A DNA stretch of 64,000 nucleotides, taken from contig JAUCBJ010001293.1 in assembly GCA_032718475.1 (NCBI GenBank), forward strand, positions 1 through 64,000, written 5' to 3'. The stretch comes from Nemertoderma westbladi (Eukaryota > Animalia > Xenacoelomorpha). The notes beneath the pieces are model-generated. The model made no database searches. It was not told the origin of the DNA and was given only the letters and a program-made list of their open reading frames with translations. Below are positions 1 through 15,263 of this stretch, piece after piece. Position numbers and translations under genes: made by a program. Each line of letters begins with the position of its first letter. Positions within the stretch are counted from its first letter, which is position 1.

Positions 1-1568
1 TAGCGAGTACAATATATTCCCAAATCAACCGCTACGGTATCATAGCGAGTACAATATATTCCCAAATCAACCACTATCATAGCGAGTACAATATATTCCC
101 AAATCAACCACTATCATAGCGAGTACAATATATTCCCAAATCAACCACTACTGTATCATAGCGAGTACAATATATTCCTAAATCAACTAACTGTATCATA
201 GCGAGTACAATATATTCCCAAATCAACCACTACTGTATCATAGCAAGTACAATATATTCCCCAAATCAACCACTATCATAGCGAGTACAATATATTCCCA
301 AATCAACCACTATCATAGCGAGTACAATATATTCCCAAATCAACCACTATCATAGCGAGTACAATATATTCCCAAATCAACCACTACTGTATCATAGCGA
401 GTACAATATATTCCCAAATCAACCGCTACGGTATCATAGCGAGTACAATATATTCCCAAATCAACTACTATCATATCGAGTACAATATATTCCCAAATAA
501 ACCACTATCATAGCGAGTACAATATATTCCCAAATCAACCACTATCATATCGAGTACAATATATTCCCAAATAAACCACAATCATAGCGAGTACAATATA
601 TTCCCAAATCAACCACTACTGTATCATAGCGAGTACAATATATTCCCAAATCAACCGCTACGGTATCATAGCGAGTACAATATATTCCCAAATCAACCAC
701 TACGGTATCATAGCGAGTACAATATATTCCCAAATCAACCACTACGGTATCATAGCGAGTATAATATATTCCCAAATCAACCACTACTGTATCGTAGCGA
801 GTACAATATATTCCCAAATCAACCACTGTCATAGCGAGTACAATATATTCCCAAATAAACTACTATCATAGCGAGTACATTATATTCCCAAATCAACCAC
901 TATCATAGCGAGTACAATATATTCCCAAATCAACCAGTACGGTATTATAGCGAGTACAATATATTCCCAAATCAACCACTACGGTATCATAGCGAGTACA
1001 ATATATTCCCAAATCAACCGCTACGGTATCATAGCGAGTACAATATATTCCTAAATCAAATACTACTGTATCATAGCGAGTACAATATATTCCCAAATCA
1101 ACCACTATCATAGCGAGTACAATATATTCCCAAATCAACAACTACTGTATCATAGCGAGTACAATATATTCCCAAATCAACCACTACTGTATCATAGCGA
1201 GTACAATATATTCCCAAATAAACCACAATCATAGCGAGTACAATATATTCCCAAATCAACCACTACTGTATCATAGCGAGTGCAATATATTCCCAAATCT
1301 ACCACAATCATAGCGAGTACAATATATTCCCAGATCAACCACTATCATAGCGAGTACAATATATTCCCAAATCTACCACAATCATAGCGAGTACAATATA
1401 TTCCCAAATCAATCACTACTGTATCATAGCAAGTACAATATATTCCCAAATCAACCACTATCATAGCGAGTACAATATATTCCCAAATCAACCACTACGG
1501 TATCATAGCGAGTACAATATATTCCCAAATCAACCACTACTGTATCATAGCGAGTACAATATATTCCC
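1..1568. repeat. Minisatellite, mixed 37-bp and 42-bp units (ATCATAGCGAGTACAATATATTCCCAAATCAACCACT +/- ACTGT/ACGGT), runs off the left edge
   Basis: Tandem units read directly; the minus-strand ORFs (TVVVDLGIYCTRYD)n are translations of the 42-bp unit. Confidence 0.95.
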
Positions 1569-2231
1569 CGATATTATATTATTCATCCAAATAACATTAT
1601 AATGTTACGATTTATACCGCGTGGTAATGTTATTACTTTAACAGCTACAACTGTAGTTATTACCTGCAGAAGTAATTATCTAATGGCGACAGATCTGTAG
1701 TTATTGCAATAAACTTTTTAGAGAGATTTACAATGCTCTGTTGCTACCGTGTTCAATCTAATAAATTACTCCAAGAGCTGTTTATATTGCTTTAGTTTTA
1801 TAACATAGCGTTACACGCTTAACACAAATTGTCATGTCATACCACCAGTGGCAAATAAGGTGCGGCATAAAATATTCAAATCTAATAATTTTTTTTATTT
1901 TTTATTTATATTTTGTTAATTTTTTGTAACTGTATAAAGAACGATCACTTTTATATATTTTTTAAATTGTTTAGCTCAACAATAAGTACGATGTCTATTT
2001 TATAAATTGTGTTTATTGAATAGCTTGACTTCAGTACTACTGTAGGCCTATATACTGAATTATTATTATTATTAATTATATACTGAATTCCTACAACGTA
2101 GAAAATAATAGGCCTACACGCCTCTATGAAATATGTAGATCTACTAACTGTATATGTAAAAATGGGGGGGGGGGGGGGGGGGGGTGTCACTGAATTACGA
2201 CACATATATTCTAGGACATGGTGTATACGGT

Positions 2232-3829
2232 GGTGTCGTCGCGTTTCAGCAACAGTCGGGTTGCGGCAATAAAGTTGCGTTCCGGCAAAAAAGATGCGTG
2301 TCGGCAAAAAAAAATGTCGCGTTTCGGCAACAGTTCCGATTCGGCAAAAAAGTTGTGCTTCGGCAAAAGGTTGCGTTTTGGCAAAATTATTTCTTTATTG
2401 CAGGAGCATGCACTGTGGAGTAGAGTACCGCGCCTGTGCCCATTGCAGAAAGTAAGAGGCGATGTAACCTATTGCTAATCAAATGGTTACATCGCGTTTC
2501 GGCAAAAACGTTGCGTTTCGGCAAAAGTTGCGTTTCGGCAACAGTCGCGATTCGGCAAAAATGTTGCGTTTCGGCAAAAAAGATGCGTTTCGGCAAAAAA
2601 AGTCGCGATTCGGCAAAAAGTCACGATTCGGCAAAAAAAGTTTCGTTTCGGCAAAAAGTTGCGTTTCGGCAAAAAAAGTCGCGATTCGGCAAAAAGTCGC
2701 GATTCTGCAAAAAAATTGCGTTTCGGCAAAAAGTTGCGTTTCGGCAACAGTCGCGATTCGGCAAAACGTTGCGTTTCGGCAAAAAGTTGCGTTTCAGCAA
2801 AAGATATAGATAAATTCCTAGATGTTAGAACTGGGTTGAATTCAATTATTAAAATTGTAGTGGTCTTTCTCTATGTCAATTATGCTAGGTAGGTGGTGCA
2901 GTACTAATATTATTTTATTTATTTGTATGGAATTAATTTCGCACTACCAAATCGCCCAGATAGTTAGATTAGATAGTTAGATAGATAGATTTTGTTGGCA
3001 AGTTATTACTATTTACTATATTAATTATATATTTAATATCTATTTGAATTATTGTGTATGTGTTACCTATTATATATGAAAGCCGAACAGCCGACCACAG
3101 GTGACTTATGGAGGATCGCTAGAAGTCGGCTAGTTTACATATGAAGTATTTAGGTTAGGCCAAGTTCCAACCATTCTTGGGTCATGTATAAAGGCGACTA
3201 TTCGACCCAGTGAGTGAACTGGGGGTAAGTCGCAAGTGGTCGGCTGGTCGGCTTACATATATCATCATAGGTCGACTATGCAAGACTATATGACTGCAAT
3301 GCATGACTGGCAAGCTAAATATATTAGCATGCCCAAACTGACAAGTTAAATATATTAGCGTGCCCAAATGGGCAAGTTATCTATTAGCTTGCCCAAACTG
3401 GCAGGTTAAATATATGACCATGCCCAAACTGACAAGTTAAATATATTAGCTTGCCCAAATGGGCAAGTTATCTATTAGCTTTCCCAAACTGGCAAGTTAA
3501 ATATGTTAGCTTGCCCAAATGGGCAAGTTATTAGCTTGCCCAAACTGGCAAGTTAAATATATGAGCATGCCCAAACTGACAAGTTAAATATATTAGCTTG
3601 CCCAAATGGGCAAGTTATCTATTAGCTTGCAAAAACTGGCAAGTTAAATATATTAGCTTGCCCAAACTGGCAAGTTAATGTATACATTTATTATAGGAAG
3701 GGATCTACAGTAGTTTCACTTTTACTTGTATTGTTGATATTATAGTGTATTCTCCTGCAATAAAGAAATACTTTTGCCGAAACGCGACTGTTGCCGAATC
3801 GCGACAGTTGCCGAAACGCGATGTAACCT
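2232..3829. mobile_element. Foldback/TIR-type non-autonomous element with GCGTTTCGGCAAAAA subterminal repeats, rearranged
   Basis: GGTTACATCGCGTTTCGGCAA (~2485) is inverted at TTGCCGAAACGCGATGTAACC (~3808-3828). The repeats are expanded on the left (2240-2800). GCGATGTAACCTATTGCTAATC occurs at both ~2459 and ~3818. No clean TSD. Confidence 0.55.
3305..3680. repeat. ~29-31-bp minisatellite (TTGCCCAAACTGGCAAGTTAAATATATTAGC)
   Basis: About 12 tandem units visible. Confidence 0.9.
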
Positions 3830-4456
3830 ATTGCTAATCCAATTATCCTACTATTAATAAAACTGTTCGTACATACCGATAATAATCCAGTCAATCTAAA
3901 GCGATATAGAGGGGTAAACCAAAACTAATTCGCAATTCATACGAACCATTTTTTTTGATTCTACATTATTTTGCTAATATCAACAAAAAAATATATAAAA
4001 TTAAATTATGGCGATCACTCTTAATTCCATGCTTATTTCCTTAGCAACAGGGATTTTAGATAGCAACAGACCCCCTGTTGCTATCTAAACTACCTCTACC
4101 TGTTGCTCTATTGGTGGGATTTTCCCAAAATTTGGTACAGACAATCTTTAGTCCAATGACTATGGATTGACTGAACTATGCACTTCTACATAGTTACCAT
4201 TAGTTTCACGAGCAACGTAAATCCGTCTAACTATTTAACCATTATTAATACCCATTTTGCTGGTAGTAGTACAGTACAGTAGTAGTAGTAGGTAGTGCCA
4301 GAAGCGCTACATATTTAATTAATGAAATTATTATAATTATAGATTATAAATCACAAGACATCAAACTAACAAAGACAAATTTCTACGCTAGAGCACAAGA
4401 TTAACTAATACTTAACTAATTAACAATATACAGCATATGTGCTATGTACACGTCGT

Positions 4457-7400
4457 CACCTTCAAGGCAGAACCCCCTAAGTCGATTTTTGTAGTTCTGA
4501 GATAATCGATAAAAACTGTTTATTTTTTAGAGAGATGCCTCAGTTTACTTGTTATTGTGTTTTTTGATAACTAAATATATATAGAATTCATATAACTAAA
4601 CTTTCAATTTGATTTAGAATTACCTTTGAAATATATTGCGGTTTTTTTGTAAAAATTCTGACTTATGGTGTTTTGCCAAAACAAAGGGGAACACCATTTT
4701 CTGGTATTATCCCGTAACTATACGATAGTTGCGGGGTATTGCCTAGAAAACAAGGCATCCTCAATTTGGCAAAACACCATAAGTCCGAATTTTTACAAAA
4801 AACACGCAAAATATATCAAATTATAGCCAAGGCGTATCGTACGTCCTTAATAATTTAGTGCGTAGTGCGCACGTAATACATGTGCGCATTTGTTATTAGC
4901 TAATACGTGCTATCTAACATGTTAACTAGCACATGATCAGGTGTTAGTATTACCTGTAAACGCAATAATAACAAATAATCACATACAATATAGCTAACAC
5001 ACTTGCGCACATGTTGGAAATTTTTGAATTCAAAATTCTAAAGGGCTCCATAAGTTTTTGATATTTTGGTATTAATTGCTTCTAAAATAAGTACGGGACT
5101 GTAGTTAGAATCATGTATCAATACAAATTGAACAAAATGTAGCCAAATGCAGAACTATAAGAACAAAATTTAGATTCAAGCAAAGCGGAACTCTAAGTAC
5201 AAAATATAGCCATGGGTGGTACTCTACAGTAAGAACAAAGTCTAGCTACAGGGTTACAGCTACGTTAAAGTTAAAGTTCACTTACAGTACGTCATGACGA
5301 ATAATTAAAGACCTGTTTTTTCTACAGTACGTGGCAACATTTTGAGCAACTCTATCAGCAACTTAGTAAGCATGTCAGGTTGCCGATCAAGTTGCTCTAT
5401 GTAAACGCGAAGTTTGTTGCTGTAAAAGATGCCTCATATAACGGAGACTAAAAGTTAATGTTACTCAAATTAAGTTGCTAGTTGCTGACCAAATTGTCCA
5501 AAACGTCCGGCAACCTAGAGTAACTTATAGCAACTTGGACACAAACATTAAATGAGGGACAGATATTTATCAGCGCCACAAACATTAAATGAGGGATAGA
5601 TATTTATCAGCGCCACAAACATTAATGTGGGACAAACATTAATCAGGGGGACAAACATTAATGTGGGACATAAACATTGATATAGGACACAAACATTAAT
5701 GAGGGACACAAACATTAATGAGGGACACAAACATTAATGAGGGACACAAACATTAATGAGGGACACAAATATTAATGATGGACACAAACATTAATGAGGT
5801 ACACAAACATTAATGAGGGACACAAACATTAATGAGGTACACAAACATTAATGAGGGACACTAACATTAATGAGGGACACAAATATTAATGAGGGACACA
5901 AACATTAATGAGGTACACAAACATTAATGAGGGACACAAACATTAATGAGGGACACAAATATTAATGAGGGACACAAACATTAATGAGGGACACAAATAT
6001 TAATGAGGGACACAAACATTAATGAGGGACACAAGCATTAATGAGGGACACTAACATTAATGAGGGACACAAATATTAATGAGGGACACAAACATTAATG
6101 AGGTACACAAACATTAATGAGGGACACAAATATTAATGAGGGACACAAACATTAATGAGGGACACAAATATTAATGAGGGACACAAACATTAATGAGGGA
6201 CACAAACATTAATGAGGGACACAAACATTAATGAGGGACACAAGCATTAATGAGGGACACTAACATTAATGAGGGACACAAATATTAATGAGGGACACAA
6301 ACATTAATGAGGTACACAAACATTAATGAGGGACACAAATATTAATGAGGGACACAAACATTAATGAGGAACACAAATATTAATGAGGGACACAAACATT
6401 AATGAGGGACACAAACATTAATGAGGGACACAAACATTAATGAGGGACACTAACATTAATGAGGGACGCAAATATTAATGAGGGACACAAACATTAATGA
6501 GGTACACAAACATTAATCAGGGACACACATCAATTGATGGACACAAACATTAATGATATATACAAACATTAATGAGGGACACAAACAATAAACGAGGGAC
6601 AGATATCAATCAAGGACACAAACATTAATCATGGGCACTATCGCCCTTCGCACTTAGTATGATTCATGTTACCCCCCATGGCACTTAGTATGATTCCTGT
6701 TAACACCCATACACATACAATATATTACAGTATTACAATTCTCATTACTGTCAAGCAATAAAATAACAACAATAAATAATAACATAATTAATCTGACCAA
6801 ACCAATAAACTATGTTATTGCCAATTGAAGGAAGGGGTCAGGTTACAGAGATGGTTTTTCTAACCAACACAATAAACGATGTTGTTACTAAAAAGGGAAG
6901 GAGTAGGAGTAAAAAAATGATGAACATGAAGGGGAGACAGGAATGGGGGGGGGGGGGGGGGTCACATGAATGGTGGTGGTAGGAGGTAAATTGAAAATAT
7001 GGGGGTATAACAGACGGGGGGGGGGGGGGGGGTAGTAGCAAAGCAGGCAGCTGAACAACATAACCGAACGTCGCTTTCAATTAATTTCCATCTAATTAGG
7101 AAGATGGAATGTATACAAAACGGCGGTACTTTGATCGAAGCTCACGTTCCCATGGTAGTACTTTTTCAGTTAATCACTTAATATTTAATCGTCTGATGGC
7201 AAGCACCACCATCGCTCATATTAATATCCATTGGCAACCATGGACCCCTATTAATGTTTTGTGCCCCTTAATATGTGTCCCTCATTAATGTTTGTGTCCT
7301 GGCCGCAATACAAACCAGTATATAAATGATAAATTACGGGGTTTTGCCAGGCTATTGTTTCTGATTTACGGGGTTTTACAGGTTGTTATTTCTGATTTAA

Positions 7401-7652
7401 GGGGTTTTGACAGGTGGACTGAATTTCATATACTTGAATTTACGGTGTTTTGCAAGCCAATTATTGACTTGTGGGGTTCTGCCTCGAAGTGGGCATAAGT
7501 TACGGGGAACTGTCTTTGGCTTATAACTCAAAAATGGCTGGTAGAAAAGCTTTGGGGTTCTGCCAGACGAAAAAGCCGATATCGAATTACCCAAAAAGTC
7601 AAAAACATGAAAATCTAAAAAAATCGACTTAGGGGGTTCTGCCTTGAAGGTA
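4457..7652. mobile_element. Non-autonomous TIR DNA transposon hosting further insertions
   Basis: ACCTTCAAGGCAGAACCCCCTAAGTCGATTTTT at 4458 is the reverse complement of AAAAATCGACTTAGGGGGTTCTGCCTTGAAGGT ending 7651. No convincing TSD. Confidence 0.7.
5537..6630. repeat. 19-bp minisatellite (GGGACACAAACATTAATGA)
   Basis: Over 50 tandem units; two to three inverted units at ~7245-7299 suggest it is the expanded arm of a foldback element. Confidence 0.95.
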
Positions 7653-7654
7653 TC

Positions 7655-8225
7655 ACTGGGGCTCTGCTCGGGTTCCTGCAGCTATTATTAGTTTGTATGT
7701 TGGTTTGTGGCTGGCTGGCTGGGTTTGTGGGAGGACAGGAATGTTTGAACGCTAATAAGTCGGTCAATCTTGGATGAAATGGAACCAAAGTTGGTACATA
7801 TGTCATGTAGTCTATCAAAAGTTTAGAAATTATACACACAGACAGACTTCCATAGTTCCTCTGTCTGCCGCTAGGGGGCGAATTAACGGAAACGTAAAAG
7901 TGGCTGTAATTATAGAACCAACCATCAGATTCATCTGAAATTTGGTAGTAGTAACTTACGATCATTGCTTAATTATGAATTCTACACACAGACATACTTT
8001 TACTGTTCATCTGTCTGCCGCTAGGGGGTGAATTAACGGAAACGTAAAAGTGGCTGTAATTATAGAACCAACCATCAGATTCATCTGAAATTTGGTAGTA
8101 GTAACTTACGATCATTGTTAATTATAAATTATACACACAGACAGACGTTTACAGTTCCTCTGTTCTCTGGCTGTCAGAAGGGGGCGAATTGTCAGAGCTC
8201 CAGTTCATCGTGTGCTTAGCACGGT
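7655..8225. mobile_element. Non-autonomous element (Helentron/HINE-like) with 150-bp internal tandem repeats
   Basis: 150-bp period (CTGTCTGCCGCTAGGGGG at 7861 and 8011) and a short (GGCT)n tract near one end. The family assignment is inference. Confidence 0.45.
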
Positions 8226-10274
8226 GTAATTTACACAACTTTTATACTAAACGGCCCTGATGAAAAATAATAGTAGTTCTACTGTACTAAATACCGGCAC
8301 TGGTTGTCTGCCTGTTATATTTGTCAAACCGAGAGACCATGTTAATTTTTAAATATTTTGTAAATACTTCACAATAACTAACAATTTTGACAAGTTATAC
8401 TAAGTTCTTGATAAAATTACAACTTTTCTTTTGACTGACACTTTTCATAAATTTGTGTTAAGTATTTGACAAGTAACTAACAAATATGATAAATTATAGA
8501 AAATGATTGATACAAATTGCAATTTTTCTTTAAACTGTCACATTTTGATAAAATTTTGTGAAGTATTTATTTGACAAATCTAGTAGGCTATAGCTTTGAA
8601 TGCTGCATTACATGTAGATAGATAACACCGTACCGGTACTACAGTATGTCAGTGTCATTCACCCATACCCACTTCCTGGGAACAGGTTGATGGAGACAAA
8701 GTGGTGACAGGTCAGCAATCACCCCATACAGATACGCCATAACGGTACTGATGTCAATTCAACATTACATGATTTAAATATTATCTTCACTAACTTTCAA
8801 TCAATTGATTCATATCGGAAGCAAAGCAATAACCCTAGTGAAAAGACCCGTGTTCCTATATTATATCTCAACAGCTCAGAAAGCCGGGAATACATTTTGA
8901 ATTAGAGGAGTGTCTCAATTCGGAACAGCTATGTTCATCGTGGTACTAAAATTATTAGTATTTTGGATTCGGATAGCTTCGGATTTTTGGATCGCTCTGT
9001 TGGGAACGCTGCAAACTGCGGATTACACTACAAGAAGCGATTACAATGATATTCATTCTAATCAGTCTTACCGGATATCAATCTTCCTTCCACCAGCACA
9101 TCAGAGCACGGAAGGTGAAGAACATGGTATGTAAATTTTCAATAGGGGGTGGATGTAACCTCGCCCATCGGATTTGTCGAACTCAAAAACCCTTATCCCC
9201 AAAAATGTATTTGTTTTATTACAAACTATTGTGGTTTTTAAACTAAAACAAATAAATAAATTGCACCTAAAATTTATAGAGCAATCACAATTTCTTCGCT
9301 AACATTAATGGAAATTATGAAATTTCCTTGCAGTGGAATTGTATAATTTTTTTATCAGTTACCTTCTTTTATCTGCCAATGTTCCCATATGGGAACATGT
9401 ACTTGTTGCTAAAAAAAATAAGTACTATAATATATAATATTCTTCTTAACTTGCAATATGGGACAACATAATAAATATGTTTTGTCAGATTAACTGAAAA
9501 TTTACCAATGATTGACAACATTTTCGGAACAGTGGACCTCTACTTTCATGCAAAAATATGAATTTTGAACAGTATAATTTATTTGCATGAAATATACAAA
9601 TAACATAGAGTTATTGTAGTAGAAAGTTCTCAAATGTTGAATCAAGTAATTTATTTGTTGTTTAAAACAACATATACTGTATGAATGTGCAATGATTTTA
9701 TGGCCCGATATTGTACACATCTTTTTACCTCATGTTCCCATATGGGAACATTGGCCAAATGAGAGACCTAAGTAGGCCCATTGAGTACTGAGCCTACTAG
9801 GAGCATAATGAGTACAGCAACAGCACGTATTTCTAACCCTATAATTCTACAAGTAGTATCATATTTCTGCATTATTGATCAATTCTGCATTCTACAGTGT
9901 TAGACTGGAGCTCCGGCTCCGGTTCGGATCCGGCCCGGAAAATGGTGCTCCGGTTCCGGTCCGGCTCCGGCAAAAATAAGACCGGAGGACCGGAGCTCCA
10001 GTATAAAACTGTAAAAGACAGACAGAGACACACAATGCACAATTTACAATGCACAATCCAGCAATCAGTTGTCCACAGTCACAATCACCTAGTCCATCAT
10101 ACATCATAGTTGTATGGGGGGGTGCTACTCCCTGGGTGTTATAGAATTGTTGGAACTCAATATAAACAGCTACACTGCCTACTGCTGTACTGGCCTACCA
10201 GGTGCCAGGCTGAGGCTACAAAGACAGGCCAGTCAGCAGTCAGTACACTAGTACCTACAGTACTGCTATGCAGC

Positions 10275-11760
10275 TCATAATAAGTAAGTTCAAGTTCTAA
10301 AGTACACTGCACAGCACACTACTGCATACTTACCTACTAAGTTACTCATAATAAGTAAGTTCAAGTTCTAAAGTACACTACACAGCACACTACCTGACTA
10401 CTGCATACTTAAATACTAAGTTACTCATAATAAGTAAGTTCTAAAGTACTCTACACAGCACACTACTGCATACTTACCTACTAAGTTACTCATAATAAGT
10501 AAGTTCAAGTTTTAAAGTACACTACACAGCACACTACTGCATACTTACCTACTAAGTTACTCATAATAAGTATAATAAGTAAGTTCAAGTTCTAAAGTAC
10601 ACTACACAGCACACTACTGCATACTTACCTACTAAGTTACTCATAATAAGTAAGTTCTAAAGTACACTGCACAGCACACTACTGCATACTTACCTACTAA
10701 GTTACTCATGAAAAGTAAGTTCTAAAGTACACTGCACAGCACACTACTGCATACTTACCTACTAAGTTACTCATAATAAGTAAGTTCTAAAGTACACTAC
10801 ACAGCACACTACTGCATACTTACCTACTAAGTTACTCATAATAAGTAAGTTCTAAAGTACACTGTACAGCACACTACTGCATACTTACCTACTAAGTTAC
10901 TCATAATAAGTAAGTTCTAAAGTACACTGCACAGCACACTACTGCATACTTACCTACTAAGTTACTCATAAAAAGTAAGTTCTAAAGTACACTGCACAGC
11001 ACACTACTGCATACTTACCTACTAAGTTACTCATAATAAGTAAGTTCTAAAGTACACTACACAGCACACTACTGCATACTTACCTACTAAGTTACTCATA
11101 ATAAGTAAGTTCTAAAGTACACTGCACAGCACACTACTGCATACTTACCTACTAAGTTACTCATAAAAAGTAAGTTCTAAAGTACACTGCACAGCACACT
11201 ACTGCATACTTACCTACTAAGTTACTCATAATAAGTAAGTTCTAAAGTACACTACACAGCACACTACTGCATACTTACCTACTAAGTTACTCATAATAAG
11301 TAAGTTCTAAAGTACACTGCACAGCACACTACTGCATACTTACCTACTAAGTTACTCATAATAAGTAAGTTCTAAAGTAAACTACACAGCACACTACTGC
11401 ATATTTACCTACTAAGTTACTCATAATAAGTAAGTTCTAAAGTAAACTACACAGCACACTACTGCATACTTACCTACTAAGTTACTCATAATAAGTAAGT
11501 TCTAAAGTACACTGCACAGCACACTACTGCATACTTACCTACTAAGTTACTCATAATAAGTAAGTTCTAAAGTAAACTACACAGCACACTACTGCATACT
11601 TACCTACTAAGTTACTCATAATAAGTAAGTTCTAAAGTACACTGCACAGCACACTACTGCATACTTACCTACTAAGTTACTCATAATAAGTACTGCATAC
11701 TTACCTACTAAGTTACTCATAATAAGTACTGCATACTTACCTCCTAAGTTACTCATAATA
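10275..11760. repeat. 65-bp satellite (AGTAAGTTCTAAAGTACACTGCACAGCACACTACTGCATACTTACCTACTAAGTTACTCATAATA)
   Basis: ACTGCATACT recurs at 10681, 10746 and onward; about 22 units. Confidence 0.95.
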
Positions 11761-14592
11761 TATAACTATGCTGTTTATTTAAAATGTTATAAATATTTAC
11801 TTTGTCTGTTTAATGGCCAATGTTCCCATATGGGAACATACACTCCCTGAGTCAAAGAGTGGGTAGTTTTGAAAAAATCGTTCTGATCCTTTCATACCCA
11901 ACGAATCTAAAGTCAAAAACATGATAAAGTTATAATTTTTAAAAACATGGGGTGGCAGGTAAAAGGTAATATATCGTGATATTTTTTATATTTTTAATTA
12001 AAAATTAGATGTGACATATAGTTACCGAGAATAACAATTAACGTGTGACAGGCCAGTGAAAATTATATTAATTCCCCATTGAATTGCAGCATATTATGCA
12101 ATTAATTTAATTATTCTGGAACATTACTAATATGCCACTTATTCTTCCCTAATGTTCCCTTTGTTTGGCTTGTGTTATGCAAATTATGTATAATTTCAAT
12201 GAATATATATATAATATATATAAGTTTCGCAAAACACTTTTTTATAGTTTTTTTTGGTCTTTAACAATGTAATATAGAATCCCAAAAATGTGTTTCGGAT
12301 TGATTGCGAAACACTTATTGGATTTTATGCTAGATTGACTCGCCTATAAGGAATACGATTATCGGAAAACAGGTAAAAGCTATGTTATTTGAAACGGAAT
12401 TCTAAATAAATGATGAATAAATGAAATTGAATAAATTAGAAAATGTTTACACTCCTTTCGATCTATTAAATTTATAGGCCTTTGTGGTGGCTGGATGTAT
12501 TGGAGCGTGCTGAGTCTTTAGTTCTAATTTTAATAAACTCGTCTATCGTGTGGCAGTGGTCGCAATGACTGGTCAGTTGCTCAGTAGATTACTGCAAATG
12601 GTCTCTGGGACTAGACTGTAATTAAGTCTAAGTGTGCCTGTGCCTACTGCCTGTGGGTAATGTCGATTATCTTATCACTCACTTAGCAATTATCAGTTTG
12701 GCTGGGTTGGGATTGCCTTTTTAATGCTGTTAAACTTCCCCACTTCTTCATTGCCCACACCTAACTGTGGTCGACGTCCCTATTTCACTGAGAATATAAT
12801 CTAACGTGTTTTAGTATCAGTTGCTGCAGCCAGCCATGGGGTGACCGGTGCCAAACCATTGATCCAACCATGCAACCAACCCTGGCTGCCCGAACTGTGA
12901 AAATGATTCACAGTTGGTTGGATTGTGGTTACTCTCTACCAGGAACTGGTGATGAATACGGGAAAGAGTACCAAAGGGCACATCAGTGAGCCTGGAGTTC
13001 AGATCAACTAATGGGAGGAGCCGCTACTTACTGCTGATTCATAATGTTTCAATAATACCATCACACTGCCTTTGCTTTTGTGCCATTGTTCGTTCCTTCA
13101 GTTCCAGTCAATTTTATTTGTAGTGGCAGTGGGAGTGGGGTTGTCTGTTCACTGTAATGAAACTCTAAGGTAAGCAGCAACATAGATGCCTGAAGCGCTG
13201 ACTGGCTGAAGGGAAGGCTCAGGATGATCTCTTACTGTCTTCCTAAGTGGTCTGTGATTGGTTGCTTTATTTATTTCTTCTTCTGTTCTTTAAGGACCTA
13301 TTACCAGATTACTGCATTAGGCCTACTGCAGGATAGAGGACTCAGTATCAGTCAGTCAGTACACAGTAGGCCTATTCAGGTATTAGTGATGCAGGTGTGT
13401 GTGTATTAGGCCTACAGTATTACAGTATATTGTTACAGTTAGTATTGTGTAGTTTTCATTACCGGTATCTAAGTCTGTAAAAGTAGGCCTTCTGAATTAC
13501 CGTACAGAATCGCCGCACTGCGCACTGTCATATGTCAGACCAGCCAGCAGCTGAGCAGACTATCAGTATCAGTTTGCAGTTATCAGACTCACTGCAGCAC
13601 TGACTGTACTACTGTAGCTGTAGCACTGTAGGCTATTACTGTCAGTCAGTGAGAAGTCAAAAATTGGACTTCAAGTCCAATTTTAGACTTCAAGTCCAAT
13701 TTGGGACTCTGAAGTCCAATATTGGACTTTAGTACAACTCCAAGTGTACACATACTGTATACTGTATATATCGGTATTTAAATCAAAACTGCATCCCGCA
13801 TCCGGTCAGCCTAAACACCCAACTACACCCAACTTTCACCCAACTACACCCAACTACACCCAACTTTCACCCAACTACACCCAACTACACCCAACTTTCA
13901 CCCAACTACACCCAACTTTCACCCAACTACACCCAACTTTCAGCCAACTACACCCACACAGTTCCACCCCACTACACCCAACTTCCACTGCACTTCCACT
14001 CTGCATCCAACTTACACCAAACTATACCTACTGTATGGCACCAAACTTCCACAAATTACAATATGTACAGTAACAAACTCTTCGAGGAATTGCTGAGATA
14101 TGAGCTTTTAAATGTTTCATGTACTGTATGTTGCCCCCACTGCTGAGCAATTATGAAAATAACAAACTAACGTTTTATATTTTTTGCAGGTTGGTTCTAG
14201 AATAATTGATGAATTTAGCAATAAATATACAAAGGAGAGACGCAGAGACTATTGACGAACGATCCAAGCTACAGTATAAAACTAAACTGGCGCTGTTTGG
14301 GATTGTGGTGAAAATGAAAACGGTATTGATACACAGGGGGGTCACCGTCACAGCCTTAACGACGAAATCGCATTGGAAACTTCTGTTATGGGAATAGCAA
14401 TGCAGATAATTCGTACAAAGTTAATGGACATAAGTTCTATATTATACAGTATGTTTAATGCAATTATAATAATGTAATTATCCTTTATGTATCATAGAAT
14501 ACAAGAAAAAGAACTGTAACATTATTTTCAGCAGCTTTATTTTAATCTTGGGCCCATGTAAACACTTTCTGCCGTTATATATTTAACTTTGC

Positions 14593-14802
14593 AGTTGCCC
14601 CCATGTGAAGAATCCCAGGTTTTCATTAAAATCACAGGTTACAAAAGGACTGAATCTAACCAAAACAATAAACGAAATTTAGCCGTATCAAAACGAAACG
14701 TATCAAAAAGATAAATTAAAAAAAATAAAAAATCTTCATACATAAAATTCCAATAAAATGTCGACCGAAAAGTGAAATCCTGGTATTATTCACATGGGCG
14801 AA
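14593..14802. mobile_element. ~200-bp MITE
   Basis: CCCATGTGAAGAATCCCAGGTTTT vs GAAATCCTGGTATTATTCACATGGG; absent from the opposite foldback arm. Confidence 0.55.
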
Positions 14803-15263
14803 CTTTATGGCCTTTATATTAATTAATTTTTAACGAAACAACAGCAATAATTTTAGAACATTTTACATTTTTGATAAACTAAAAGGGGATCTGGTAAGAT
14901 CTGTACAGGTCAAGGGAATTTCTGCAAGGAACTTATTATGATCTTCACATACAGGCGATGCCAGAATGGACAAGATCTCTACAGTATGAGAATCGATAAG
15001 ATCGTTATACATTACAGATCTTACAGTAGTAGAAATAATAATTCATCACACTAGGGTAGAGAATTGCAGACGTTGATCAACGTAATCATATAGACGCGGC
15101 TTGTGGTCTCTAGTACATACTGTACAGTATATGTACAGTAGGATATGACAATATTCAGCTTATTTTATTACAAACAACGAAATGGGAGAAGTGTATTTAA
15201 TCTTTCAGACATTCCACCCATTCGAAAATCCTCATGTGATCAACATTGAGGTTTCCAAACTAA

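Noticed and set aside
1-1568. CRISPR-like appearance of 37-bp repeats
   Set aside because: Units are directly tandem with no unique spacers, there are no cas genes, and the context is eukaryotic.
12480-13300. Moderately GC-rich unique tract with a donor-like AAG|GTAAGC (~13170)
   Set aside because: No ORF or motif recognised; could be a non-coding exon but unsupported.
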